NCBI GenBank assembly: GCA_965203485.1
Contig: OZ241892.1
Coordinates: forward strand, 544,001-608,000
Direction of reading: 5' to 3'
DNA length: 64,000 nt
From: Longimicrobiales bacterium
GTDB lineage: Bacteria > Gemmatimonadota > Gemmatimonadetes > Longimicrobiales > Gaopeijiaceae
Below, piece after piece: positions 47,583 to 56,880 of the stretch (position 1 is its first letter; every line of letters starts with the position of its first letter). The notes under the pieces were generated by a model. The model was given only the letters and a program-made list of their open reading frames with translations, was not told the origin of the DNA and searched no databases. Both the position numbers and the translations under genes were made by a program.

Positions 47583-48068
47583 CTACGAGCGCGTCAGGCC
47601 ATGGATGTGCGAGACCTGTTCGTCCTTGAAGAGCTCCTCCACCACGATCTCGCACTCCGGATCCCAGACGGCTTCTCTCCTGCACTCGTTGTACGCTTCG
47701 AATTCTTCGTCCGACGCATCCCAGCTGACGCTGCATCGAGGATCGAGCTCCCTTGCCGCCCTTGCCGCCGTCGCGCGTCGCGAACCCTGCCAATGCTCCG
47801 CGAGAGAGGGCTCCCGCAATATCCGTTCCAAGCCCGGCGAGTGCCGGATGCGACCGGACGCCAACACCGCACCATTTTTGCCGACCGCGACCCATGTCCC
47901 GGGTGCCGACAGGCTACCTGGCGGCAAGTCAAGCCCAAGCCGCGCCTCGGCATCTTGGTCCAGAGCCGCCTTGTTCGGCTCTACGACAGACTCGGTAGCA
48001 CAGGTCGTCGCCGCAACCGTCCCTCCCAAGGCGGCGACCGCCATGATCAGGGTTCCGGTTCTCTTCAT
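47583..48068 (-). CDS. Hypothetical exported protein or lipoprotein
   Basis: GGAGG RBS, MKRTGTLIMAVAALGG..TTC signal, three Cys near the C-terminus. Confidence 0.6.
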   Translation of the reverse strand: MKRTGTLIMAVAALGGTVAATTCATESVVEPNKAALDQDAEARLGLDLPPGSLSAPGTWVAVGKNGAVLASGRIRHSPGLERILREPSLAEHWQGSRRATAARAARELDPRCSVSWDASDEEFEAYNECRREAVWDPECEIVVEELFKDEQVSHIHGLTRS

Positions 48069-48688
48069 TGCCCCCCCTCCGCTGATACGCGAGCAACACG
48101 CCTCCTTAATGAGTGAATGAAGGCGGCCTTGACAGGCTCGCATTACAATCGCCACACATGATAAGGAATACGCACGGAGCCCGCATTCCGGAGTGTCATT
48201 TTTCGTCACGCCGCGCTGATGCCGTGGCGCGAGCGAAAACCGGCTTGTGGTTCGCCAGCGATGAACGCCGCCTCCGCCGCGCGGCGACCCAGCGTCCCCG
48301 GCGGTCTCCCGAGTTCGCCTCGTCCGGGGCGATGCGAGGACCAGCCCGCCGCGATGGAGCACGGCCGCCACGCGTCAAGGCCGCCCTACGTGCCCCGGGG
48401 GCTTCCGCCGGAGCGCCTGGGACAACCGTTGCATCGCAAGGGGAGCGCAATTCTGGTTTGGCCAAGCCCCGGACATTCTGCCTTGGCTCGACACCTTCGC
48501 GCCCGGCCTCCACTTCCGGTTTCGGCGGCGGGGCCTTACCATAGTCCAACGGGATATCCGCTCGTGGGCGCGGCGGGGGGGTCGCAGGGCATGAGCGGGG
48601 CGCTGTCGATTTGGCCGCCGCGAACCTCGGCCGGCTTGGCTGGCAAGGCGAGCGCCGGTTCACCGGACGGCTCTGGAGAGGCGAGGGA

Positions 48689-49015
48689 ATGGCGGCACGA
48701 CCGAAGTCGGCGAACACGCACGAGGTGGCGGATGCCCGCGTCCACCGCGGCCAGCCCTTGCGCGTGCTGTCGAACGTGCCGCTCGACGAAGAGGTCGTTC
48801 TGGTCCGGATCGACTTGGCCGGCGACGAAGCGGAGCCCCTGCTGGAAAGGGGCATCGTTCCTGGGTGCCGGCTTTGTCCGGTCCACTACGCCCCCGGCGA
48901 CGGGCCCATCGTGTGCCGCGTGGACGGCTCGCTCGTCGCGTTGCGCAGGGAGATGGCCACGTGCTTGTGCGTGCGCAGCGCGCAAGAAGCCATGGGACTC
49001 CTGGAAGCCAACTAG
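48689..49015 (+). CDS. feoA: Ferrous iron transport protein A
   Basis: LERGIVPG, APGDGPI, VALRREMA; immediately upstream of feoB. Confidence 0.85.
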   Translation: MAARPKSANTHEVADARVHRGQPLRVLSNVPLDEEVVLVRIDLAGDEAEPLLERGIVPGCRLCPVHYAPGDGPIVCRVDGSLVALRREMATCLCVRSAQEAMGLLEAN

Positions 49016-49039
49016 GCGTCCGGAAACGGGACTCCCGTC

Positions 49040-50920
49040 ATGGCCGGCGTCCCCATGCGAGTGGCCTTGGTGGGTCCTCCCAACTCGGGCAAGTCCACCG
49101 TCTTCAACCAACTGACGGGGTTGCGGCAACGGGTCGCGAACTATCCCGGAGTGACCGTCGAGCGGCGCTCGGGAGAGGTCGCGCTGAGTGGCGGAACGCT
49201 CGAAGTCATCGATCTTCCCGGCATCCACGGTCTGTCGCCCCGCAGCCTGGATCAGACGGTGACGCGCGACGTGTTGCTGGGGATGATGGAGGACGACAGG
49301 GCGCCGGACGCGGTGGTCCTCGTGCTGGACGCCACCCGGCTCGAGACGCAGCTGATGATCGCGGAGCCGGTGCTCGCGCTGGGTCTGCGAACGTTCGTCG
49401 TGCTGGCCATGGCCGACGAGCTGGACGAGCGCGGCGGGAAGCTGGACGTCGCCGGGCTGGCGGAGCGGCTGGGCGTCGAGGCGGCGCTGGTCAACGCTCG
49501 AAGCCCGCGAGAGCTTGCCCCGTTGCGCGAGTTTCTCGGTGCCTTGCTCGCGGCGCGCCCAGAAGCTCAGGAATGCCCCGTGGTCGCCGCCGCGGAGCCG
49601 TCCGACCAGCGAGGCCGCCCTCTGCCCTTGGTCGACCAGTTCCAGGCGAGGCGCCAAAGGGCCCAGGCGATCGGCCGGGCGGCGCGCTTTCGTCCTCCGG
49701 GGCCGTCCAGGACCACGCAGCGCATCGACGCCGTCGTGTTGCATCGCCTATGGGGGCCGGTCGTCTTTCTGGCCGTGGTCGTCTTGGTGTTCCAGGCGAT
49801 CTTCAACGGTGCGGTCCCCTTGATCGACGCCACGGAGGCGGTTGTGGCTGTGACCGGCGACTGGATCGGATCTGTGTTGCCGGACGGATGGTTCCGTTCG
49901 CTGTTGATCGAAGGCGTGTGGGCCGGTGTTGGGGCCGTGGTCGTGTTTCTGCCGCAGATCCTCGTGTTGTTCCTGTTCATCGCGGTGATGGAGGACTCGG
50001 GATACATGGCACGGGCCGCCGTCGTGGCCGACCGCCTCATGCAGCGCGGGGGTCTGCAGGGCCAGTCCTTTCTGCCGTTGCTCTCGGGCTACGCCTGCGC
50101 GATTCCGGCGATCATGGCGGCGCGAACAGTGGAGGACGAGAGGGATCGGATTGCCACGATCTTCATAACGCCGTTCATGACTTGCTCGGCCCGCCTGCCC
50201 GTGTACGCGTTGCTGATCGCGGCGTTCATTCCCGCAGGACCATTGCTCGGCCCCTTCTTGGGGCGCCGCACCGCCGCGTTGCTCGGTCTCTACGCGCTGG
50301 GTCTCGGCGGAGCCCTTCTCACGGCCGCGCTCCTCAAGCGCAGCCTGCTCCGCAACCGGGCGGCTCCGTTCGTGATGGAACTCCCTTCGTACCGGCGGCC
50401 CACCCTGCGCGCGGTGGGGGCCCGCCTGGGCGGCCGCGCAAGGGTGTTCCTGGTGCGCGTCGGCAAGATCGTCATGACCGTCAGCATCGTTCTGTGGGTC
50501 CTGGCGCGATTTCCGGCCGGCCCAGGGGGCGAGGCTCCGCCGATCGAGGACAGCGCGTTGAGCGCGATCGGTCACTTCATCGAGCCCGCGGTGGAGCCCT
50601 TGGGATTCGACTGGCGCATCGGAATCGGTCTGGTCACGTCGCTGGCGGCGCGCGAGGTGATCGTCGGCACGCTGGGCACGATCTACGGAGTGGAAGAGGC
50701 GGACGAAGGCTCGCTGGAGCTCCAGGCCGCGTTGCAGGGCAGTCTGGATGTCGGCGGAGCCGTCGCGTTGCTGGTCTTCTTCGCGTTCGCGTTGCAGTGC
50801 ATGTCCACGGTGGCGGTGATGCGGCGCGAGACTGGCGGCTGGCGTTGGCCCGCGCTCCAGTTCGGATACATGCTGGGGCTCGCCTGCCTCGGGGCGTGGA
50901 CGGCCAACACGCTTCTGTGA
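49040..50920 (+). CDS. feoB: Ferrous iron transport protein B
   Basis: GPPNSGKS, NYPGVTVE, DLPG, EDSGYMAR, PFMTCSARLPVY, MELPSY. Confidence 0.96.
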   Translation: MAGVPMRVALVGPPNSGKSTVFNQLTGLRQRVANYPGVTVERRSGEVALSGGTLEVIDLPGIHGLSPRSLDQTVTRDVLLGMMEDDRAPDAVVLVLDATRLETQLMIAEPVLALGLRTFVVLAMADELDERGGKLDVAGLAERLGVEAALVNARSPRELAPLREFLGALLAARPEAQECPVVAAAEPSDQRGRPLPLVDQFQARRQRAQAIGRAARFRPPGPSRTTQRIDAVVLHRLWGPVVFLAVVVLVFQAIFNGAVPLIDATEAVVAVTGDWIGSVLPDGWFRSLLIEGVWAGVGAVVVFLPQILVLFLFIAVMEDSGYMARAAVVADRLMQRGGLQGQSFLPLLSGYACAIPAIMAARTVEDERDRIATIFITPFMTCSARLPVYALLIAAFIPAGPLLGPFLGRRTAALLGLYALGLGGALLTAALLKRSLLRNRAAPFVMELPSYRRPTLRAVGARLGGRARVFLVRVGKIVMTVSIVLWVLARFPAGPGGEAPPIEDSALSAIGHFIEPAVEPLGFDWRIGIGLVTSLAAREVIVGTLGTIYGVEEADEGSLELQAALQGSLDVGGAVALLVFFAFALQCMSTVAVMRRETGGWRWPALQFGYMLGLACLGAWTANTLL

Positions 50921-51945
50921 CGGTCGTTGGATCTGTGAGAGCGCGTCCGATCGCGATACCCCGGCCCCGCCGACCCCCGCCGCTCGCCGCGGCGCCGCGG
51001 GCGCGCCTGGAGAGCAGATCTCGGCGGCCAGCCCGCCGGCGCGTCGCGACGACCGCGACGAGGCGCTGGTTCGAGAGGGTGGCGTCTGCCTGTTTCCTTG
51101 CGGTCGCGTGCACGGGGAGCGACGAAAGGGCGGTTGGGACTCCTGGGTCCGCCGGGGTCCACGACGATCGCAAGAGGGCGCTCGACGCCTCCGTTCCCCG
51201 GCGCCGCGTGGTTTCGCTTGTCCCGTCGGCCACCGAGACGGTCGTGGCCCTCGGCGCGCCCGACCGCCTGATTGCCCGCACCGACTACGACGTGCAGCCC
51301 GCTCTCGCCCACCTGCCTTCGCTCGGTGGCGGGCTCGCCCCCAGTCTCGAGTTCCTGGTGCGTCTCGATCCCGACCTGGTCGTGCTGTGGCCGTCGGGCG
51401 ACGGCGCGCTGGAAGCGCGGCTCGACGGCCTCGGCTTGGACACCTATGGGGCCGCCGTTCAAACGACGGCCGACTTTCGCCGCCTGACGCGCCACCTGGG
51501 ACGCCTCCTCCACTTGGCGCCGGAAGCCGACTCGCTGGTCGCTTCGGTCGACGCCGAACTGGCGCGTGCGCGTGCGTCGTGGGGGGCCGAGGAGCCCGCG
51601 ACGGCGATCTACGTGGCGTCGCCCGCTCCGGCCATCGTCGCGGGCGGCGGCACGTTCGTGGACTCGGTCATGGCCGCCGCAGGCGCCGCGAACGCGTTCG
51701 GCGACGTGCAAGGCGAATGGTGGCCGCAAGTCAGCGTCGAGGAGATCGTGTGGCGCAATCCCCGCTACGTGATCGTTCCCGCGGCGGGGATGTTGGAAGG
51801 CGCGGCGGGATGGGCTGAAGCGCCGGCGGTGGCGGCGGGGCGCGTGCTTGCGGTCGACGGCGACCTCTTCGGCCGTCCCGGCCCCCGGATGGGCGATGCG
51901 GCGATGCGGCTGGCGCTCCTGCTGGACTCGGCCGGCCGGCGCTGA
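50917..51945 (+). CDS. Helical-backbone periplasmic binding lipoprotein (BtuF/FhuD-like; start uncertain)
   Basis: LAVAC lipobox, RVVSLVPSATE, LDPDLV, RPGPR. Confidence 0.85.
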   Translation: MTVVGSVRARPIAIPRPRRPPPLAAAPRARLESRSRRPARRRVATTATRRWFERVASACFLAVACTGSDERAVGTPGSAGVHDDRKRALDASVPRRRVVSLVPSATETVVALGAPDRLIARTDYDVQPALAHLPSLGGGLAPSLEFLVRLDPDLVVLWPSGDGALEARLDGLGLDTYGAAVQTTADFRRLTRHLGRLLHLAPEADSLVASVDAELARARASWGAEEPATAIYVASPAPAIVAGGGTFVDSVMAAAGAANAFGDVQGEWWPQVSVEEIVWRNPRYVIVPAAGMLEGAAGWAEAPAVAAGRVLAVDGDLFGRPGPRMGDAAMRLALLLDSAGRR

Positions 51946-51966
51946 TGTCCGGTCCTCGGCATTGAG

Positions 51967-52953
51967 GTGGTGCGTTCCACGGGCGTTCTCGCGTTGCTGT
52001 GCGCATGCGCGGCCGGTGCGGCGTTGACGGCGCTCGGCGTGGGCGCCGCTCCGGTCGGGTTCGCGGACGCGGTCGCGGTGGCGCTGGGCGGCGGCGACGC
52101 GGCCGACCGGACCGTGGTGCTGGGCATCCGTTTGCCGCGCGTGCTGCTGGCCTTGTTGGTGGGCGGGGCGCTGGCCGTTGCCGGAGCGGTCTTTCAGGCA
52201 TTGCTCCGCAACCCGCTGGCGGACCCCTACGTTCTGGGGGTGTCGTCGGGCGCCGCCGCGGGGGCCGTAGGGGTGATGATGCTCGGCGCCGGCTCGTTCG
52301 CCGCCGGCGTCGAAGCCGGAGCGCTGGCCGGAGCGCTGGTCGCGATGGCCGTGGTGTTGCGCATCGCGCTCGCCGCCGGTCCGGCTCTGGACACGCGGGT
52401 GCTGCTGCTAGCGGGCGTCGTCGTGGGAGCGTTCCTCAACGCGGTGGTTCTTCTCCTGCTCACGTCTGCCGACGCGGAGTCCTTTCGGTCGGCCGTCTTC
52501 TGGATGATGGGCAGCCTGGCTCGCGCGGACTTGGCCGGCGCCGGCGCGCTCGCGCTGGTGTTGGCGCCGTGCCTGCTGGCCATGGGATTGCTGTCGCGGC
52601 CGCTCAACTTGCTGGCCGCGGGGGAGGAAACGGCGAGCTACCTGGGAGTGCCCGTCGAGCGCGTGAAGCAGGTCGGCTACTTGACGGCGTCCTTGGCCGT
52701 GGCCGTGTCGGTCTCGGCCGTCGGCGTGATCGGATTCGTAGGGCTCATCGTGCCGCACGCGTTGCGAATGCTTTGGGGCGGGGACCATCGCCTGCTGTTG
52801 CCTGCGTGCGTCCTCGGAGGAGGCACGTTCTTGGTGCTGACGGACACCGCCGCCCGCACTCTCGCGGCGCCCGCGGAGTTGCCGACCGGCGTCGTCACGG
52901 CGCTTGTCGGCGTCCCGCTCTTCGCGGCGCTCTTGGTGCGCGGCGGCCGGTGA
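51967..52953 (+). CDS. FecCD/BtuC-family ABC permease
   Basis: IRLPRVLLA, QALLRNPLADPYVLG, IGFVGLIVPH, ELPTGVVT. Confidence 0.95.
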   Translation: MVRSTGVLALLCACAAGAALTALGVGAAPVGFADAVAVALGGGDAADRTVVLGIRLPRVLLALLVGGALAVAGAVFQALLRNPLADPYVLGVSSGAAAGAVGVMMLGAGSFAAGVEAGALAGALVAMAVVLRIALAAGPALDTRVLLLAGVVVGAFLNAVVLLLLTSADAESFRSAVFWMMGSLARADLAGAGALALVLAPCLLAMGLLSRPLNLLAAGEETASYLGVPVERVKQVGYLTASLAVAVSVSAVGVIGFVGLIVPHALRMLWGGDHRLLLPACVLGGGTFLVLTDTAARTLAAPAELPTGVVTALVGVPLFAALLVRGGR

Positions 52954-53759
52954 GCCCGCCCTCCGGTCCCGTCGCGGGCGGCGTCCTCGAAGGGAGCCGC
53001 GTGACGTTTCGCTATCCGAAGGGCGTCCGTGACGCCGTTCGCGGCGTGTCGGTCGAAGTGCGCCCCTCCTCGGTCCTCGCCGTCATCGGCCCCAACGGTG
53101 CCGGCAAGTCCACCCTGGCGAAGCTGCTTGCGGGCAGCCTCGAGCCGTGCTCCGGAACGACCGCGTACGAGGGCACACCCCTTTTGGAGTGGAAGAGGCG
53201 CGACCTGGCCCGCCGCGTGGCCGTGGTGCCGCAGAGCGAGCACGTCGCGTTCCCGCTGACCGTGCGCGACTTGGTGGCCATGGGCCGCTATCCCCATCTG
53301 GGGCCCTGGCGCCGGGAACGCGCCGAGGACGCCTTGGCGGTCTCCCGGGCCCTCGAGCGTTGCGAAGTCGCCGAACTGCTCGACAGGGCGTTCCACACGC
53401 TTTCGGGCGGCGAGATGCAACGTGCGCGTATCGCGCGGGCGCTTGCCCAGGAGCCGAAGCTGCTGATCGTGGACGAGCCCACCGCCGCGCTCGACATGCG
53501 CTACGAAATGGCCATCTTCCGTCTCCTCCGCGACCTGGCGGATGACGGCATCGCCGTGATGATCGTCACCCACCACCTCAACCTCGCGACGCGCTTCAGC
53601 GACCGCATGCTGCTTCTCAGGGAGGGGGCCGCCGCCGCCGCAGGACTGCCCGGCGAGGTCGTTACGACCGAGACGATTTCCCGCGCCTACGGCTGGCCCG
53701 TGTCGGTCAGCCGCAAATCGTTCCGCGAGGGCTCCGCCCCGCAGGTCGTGCCGGGGTGA
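52950..53759 (+). CDS. ABC ATPase (FepC/BtuD-type)
   Basis: GPNGAGKS, LSGGE, DEPT, HHLNLA. Confidence 0.95.
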   Translation: MSPPSGPVAGGVLEGSRVTFRYPKGVRDAVRGVSVEVRPSSVLAVIGPNGAGKSTLAKLLAGSLEPCSGTTAYEGTPLLEWKRRDLARRVAVVPQSEHVAFPLTVRDLVAMGRYPHLGPWRRERAEDALAVSRALERCEVAELLDRAFHTLSGGEMQRARIARALAQEPKLLIVDEPTAALDMRYEMAIFRLLRDLADDGIAVMIVTHHLNLATRFSDRMLLLREGAAAAAGLPGEVVTTETISRAYGWPVSVSRKSFREGSAPQVVPG

Positions 53760-53823
53760 CCCGCGCCGCAGCGGCCCCGGCCTCGGCCCCGTGCGCGCGC
53801 GAGGTCGGCAGGCGTGCCGACGG

Positions 53824-56334
53824 CTACGACACGCGGGGCGGGCTCTTGCGCAGCACGAAGAGTCCCTCCTTCATGCTCGATACGATGAGGATTCCGCTCT
53901 CGAAGTAGGGGTAGACGCTCCAGGCGCCGGCGAAGCCCGGGCCGTCCGGGTTGCCGGAGACGGTGTCGAAATAGCCCACTTCCGCAGGCTCCTCGGGGTC
54001 GGAGATGTCGAGGATGCGCAGGCCGCTCGTGTAGTTGGCCTGATACATGAAGTCGCCGTGCACGTAGAGGTTGTGGTCCGACGACGTGCTCTCGCCGAAA
54101 TGCTCCTTGACGAGAACCGGGTCGTCGAGGTCGCGGACGTCCCAAACGAGCGTGCGGGTCTTGGACACGGCGCCGCCCAGCTCGTCGAGTTCGTCGTTCA
54201 CGTAGAAGTAGCTGTGGTCGTCGGTGATCCAGCCTTGATGGACGTAGCCGATGTTGGGGTAGGAGGCCGTGGCGAGGGCCACGGGGTCTTCCTTGTCGGT
54301 CACATCGGCGACCGAAAGCGCGTTCTCGTTTGCGCCGAAGCAGATCTCGCGGCCGCGGTGCTCCTCGTCGGGACCCCGGTAGTTGATGCACTGCGCGTCG
54401 TGGCTGTAGCCGGTGCCGGCGTTGCCGGTGGCGTCGTCGGCGAAGCAACCGGCGAAGACGGGGTTGGCGGGGTTGCGCACGTCGATCATGTGGAGTCCGC
54501 CGCCGCACGTTTCGCCGCCGCCCGAGCTTCCGACGGCGTAGGCGAAGCCGGTCGCCTCGTTGATCACCACGTTGTGGGCCGAGTTGATGCCGTCGTAGTG
54601 CGCGGTCTGCTCGAACACCACGGGCGGCGAAGCCACGTCGCGGAGCTGCTTCAAGTCGAACACCTGCATCCCGTGCGCTCCCGCGTTGTCGGCGACGATG
54701 AAAGCGTGATCCGCGTACACCTTCACGTCTCGCCAGAGGCTCGTGGAGCCGTTCTCGGCGAGGGGCAGCTCGCCCAGGTACACGGGGTTGGCCGGGTCGC
54801 CCAGGTCCACGAACGCGGTGGCGTCCGCCCTGCCGACGACGGCGTACTCGCGTCCCGTCTCCGGGTCCGTCCATCCCCAGAGATCGTTCGTGATCATTCC
54901 CCGGGCGCCGCCCAGCGCGCCCACCGGCATGAACGCCACCAAGTCCACCTCGTTGCAGCCGAATCCTTCGACCGCGCCGTCCTCGCACTCCCGCGCGCCG
55001 CCGGTCAGCGCCGCCGTCTCCTCGCCGTCGTCCACGATTTCGCCGTGCGGCTCCCATCCGTCCGCGCCGCGGCGGAACACGAAGCCGGTTCCCTCGAAGA
55101 AGGCCGCGCCCGGCGCTCCGAGGAAGGCAAAGTCCGGGCCCAGCGCCACTGCGAAGCCGTAGAAGTTGAATTGCTCGCCGGGCCCGAACGCGGATGCCTG
55201 GCTCCACTCGCCCGCTTCGTCCCGGCGAAACGCGAACGCTTGGCCGAACCCTCCCCTGGCGAGCGGCGCTCCGACCAGGACTTCCGCTTCCCGGGCGGCC
55301 AGCGCCACACCGAACCCGGAAAGCGGTTCCGGCGCGGACGGATCGATCGTGCCTGCCAGCGTCCATCCAGCGTCGCCTTCGGCGAACGCGTAGACCGCGC
55401 CCGCCATCTGTCCGGCGGCCGGCGCGCCCGCGAACACCATGCCGTCGGCGACGGCCACGCTCGTGCCCATCAGCGCGGGACCGGCGCCGGGGGTCTCGAG
55501 GTCGCCCGCGTGCGTCCACGCGCCGTCCACGCGGCGGAAAACGCTCGCCGATCCGGGGCCGAAGTTCGGCGGCCCTGCGCCCGACATCGCGGACAGGAGG
55601 TTGGCGCCGGGAGCGCCCACCGCCGCCAAGTCTCCGTCGATCGCCAGCGCAGATCCGAAGAGACGGCCCCCGCCCTCCAGGACTCCGACCTCGGTCCACG
55701 CGCCGTCGCCGCCCCTCTCGAACCGCACCACGCCGCCGCCGCCGCTGGCGCCGGGAGCGCCAACCAGGATCGTCGCCCCGTCGGTGGCCACGGCCGCTCC
55801 GAACATGGCCTCGGCGCCCGCGTCGGCGAACGCGCCGCCGCGCCAATCGAGCCGTTGAACCAGCTCCAGCGCTCCCGCGCCCTCTGCGCCTCTCCGGTAC
55901 ACGTAGGCCGCGCCCGGCCCCTCGGACGGCGCACCCACCACGAGAACGCCCTCGGCGGCGGCGACGGCGGTCCCGTAGGCGGCGCCCACTCCCGCCGTCT
56001 CCTCGGCGACCCGCGCCGACCACGCCCACCTGCCGTCGCCGTCCAGCTCGAAGACGTGCACCGCGCCCTGCCGGGCGAGCGGCATTGGAAACGTGGCCAC
56101 TTCGCCTGGCCGGCCCACGAACAGACGATGTCCGTCAAGCGCGATGCTCGTTGCGAAGGCCGCGCGCGCGGCGGCGGCGCGATGAAGCGCGCCGGACCCG
56201 GGCATGCTCTGCGACGCGGCGACTTCCGGCCCAGAAGCCAAGGCCAGGACGGCAAGCGTGGCGGCGGTCAGGTGGAAGCGGGCGCCGAATGGGCGGTAAG
56301 TGGAACGGTGGGCGGGGCAAAGCGGAGCTGGCAT
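53824..56334 (-). CDS. Secreted FG-GAP repeat plus choice-of-anchor-B-like protein
   Basis: About 7 FGxAVAxDG..VGAP repeats, then NDLWGWTDPETGREYA, WRDVKVY, HDAQC, HQGW, DELDE, GAWSVYPYFESG. Confidence 0.88.
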   Translation of the reverse strand: MPAPLCPAHRSTYRPFGARFHLTAATLAVLALASGPEVAASQSMPGSGALHRAAAARAAFATSIALDGHRLFVGRPGEVATFPMPLARQGAVHVFELDGDGRWAWSARVAEETAGVGAAYGTAVAAAEGVLVVGAPSEGPGAAYVYRRGAEGAGALELVQRLDWRGGAFADAGAEAMFGAAVATDGATILVGAPGASGGGGVVRFERGGDGAWTEVGVLEGGGRLFGSALAIDGDLAAVGAPGANLLSAMSGAGPPNFGPGSASVFRRVDGAWTHAGDLETPGAGPALMGTSVAVADGMVFAGAPAAGQMAGAVYAFAEGDAGWTLAGTIDPSAPEPLSGFGVALAAREAEVLVGAPLARGGFGQAFAFRRDEAGEWSQASAFGPGEQFNFYGFAVALGPDFAFLGAPGAAFFEGTGFVFRRGADGWEPHGEIVDDGEETAALTGGARECEDGAVEGFGCNEVDLVAFMPVGALGGARGMITNDLWGWTDPETGREYAVVGRADATAFVDLGDPANPVYLGELPLAENGSTSLWRDVKVYADHAFIVADNAGAHGMQVFDLKQLRDVASPPVVFEQTAHYDGINSAHNVVINEATGFAYAVGSSGGGETCGGGLHMIDVRNPANPVFAGCFADDATGNAGTGYSHDAQCINYRGPDEEHRGREICFGANENALSVADVTDKEDPVALATASYPNIGYVHQGWITDDHSYFYVNDELDELGGAVSKTRTLVWDVRDLDDPVLVKEHFGESTSSDHNLYVHGDFMYQANYTSGLRILDISDPEEPAEVGYFDTVSGNPDGPGFAGAWSVYPYFESGILIVSSMKEGLFVLRKSPPRVS

Positions 56335-56643
56335 TGTCTGCGATTCCTGGTCCGTGCGGAGGCGATAAGGCAAGCGAAGGCAGGGTCGGCGACGAGCCCG
56401 ACCATCGAGCGACGACGGCTTCAGGTAAACGTAATGGGCTGACAAGCAGGGCACGCGGCGGCCAGGCCGGCATCGCCCCGTTCTTGAGGAGGCAGGACGA
56501 TGAAACGGCGGCGGCCAGGCCAGCGCCGAGCGGCAACCCGGCCGTTGCGCGCGCGCCACGACGGCCGGAATCCCGGCAACGCCCTTTCCCGGGCGGCCCC
56601 GCGTCGGCGAAGCCTCCCGCGCGCGGGTGCGCGCAACCCGCCG

Positions 56644-56880
56644 CTATTGATCGCGGAACCGCCCGGCCACCTCGACGCGGACTGGGAAGCCGGCTTCCGA
56701 GCCGGGCAACTTCGAGCGCAACGCGGCGTCGTCGCGCTCCAGCAGTATCGTGATGCACGGCTTGCCGCGCGAGAGCCCGAGCGCCGTGCCGGCGACGCCT
56801 TGGAGGTCGATCACGGCGCGTGTGACGCGGGCCTGCGCCTCCTCGATGGACATGGACATCGCAGCCGCGCCGCCCGTCAT
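56644..56880 (-). CDS. Small protein homologous to the N-terminal domain of the adjacent protease (alternative starts 56859, 56853)
   Basis: ATGA overlap with the protease stop; DLxGVAGTA...GFPVxxEVxGRF shared with the protease N-terminus. Confidence 0.8.
   Translation of the reverse strand: MTGGAAAMSMSIEEAQARVTRAVIDLQGVAGTALGLSRGKPCITILLERDDAALRSKLPGSEAGFPVRVEVAGRFRDQ

Noticed and set aside
48129..48149. TTGACA plus TACAAT promoter
   Set aside because: The spacer is only 9 bp
48200..48688. Cobalamin riboswitch ahead of the feo/btu-like genes
   Set aside because: Conserved core elements (GGGAA-GGTG, GCCCCCGCAACTGT, B12 box) were not found by eye; an Rfam scan would be decisive
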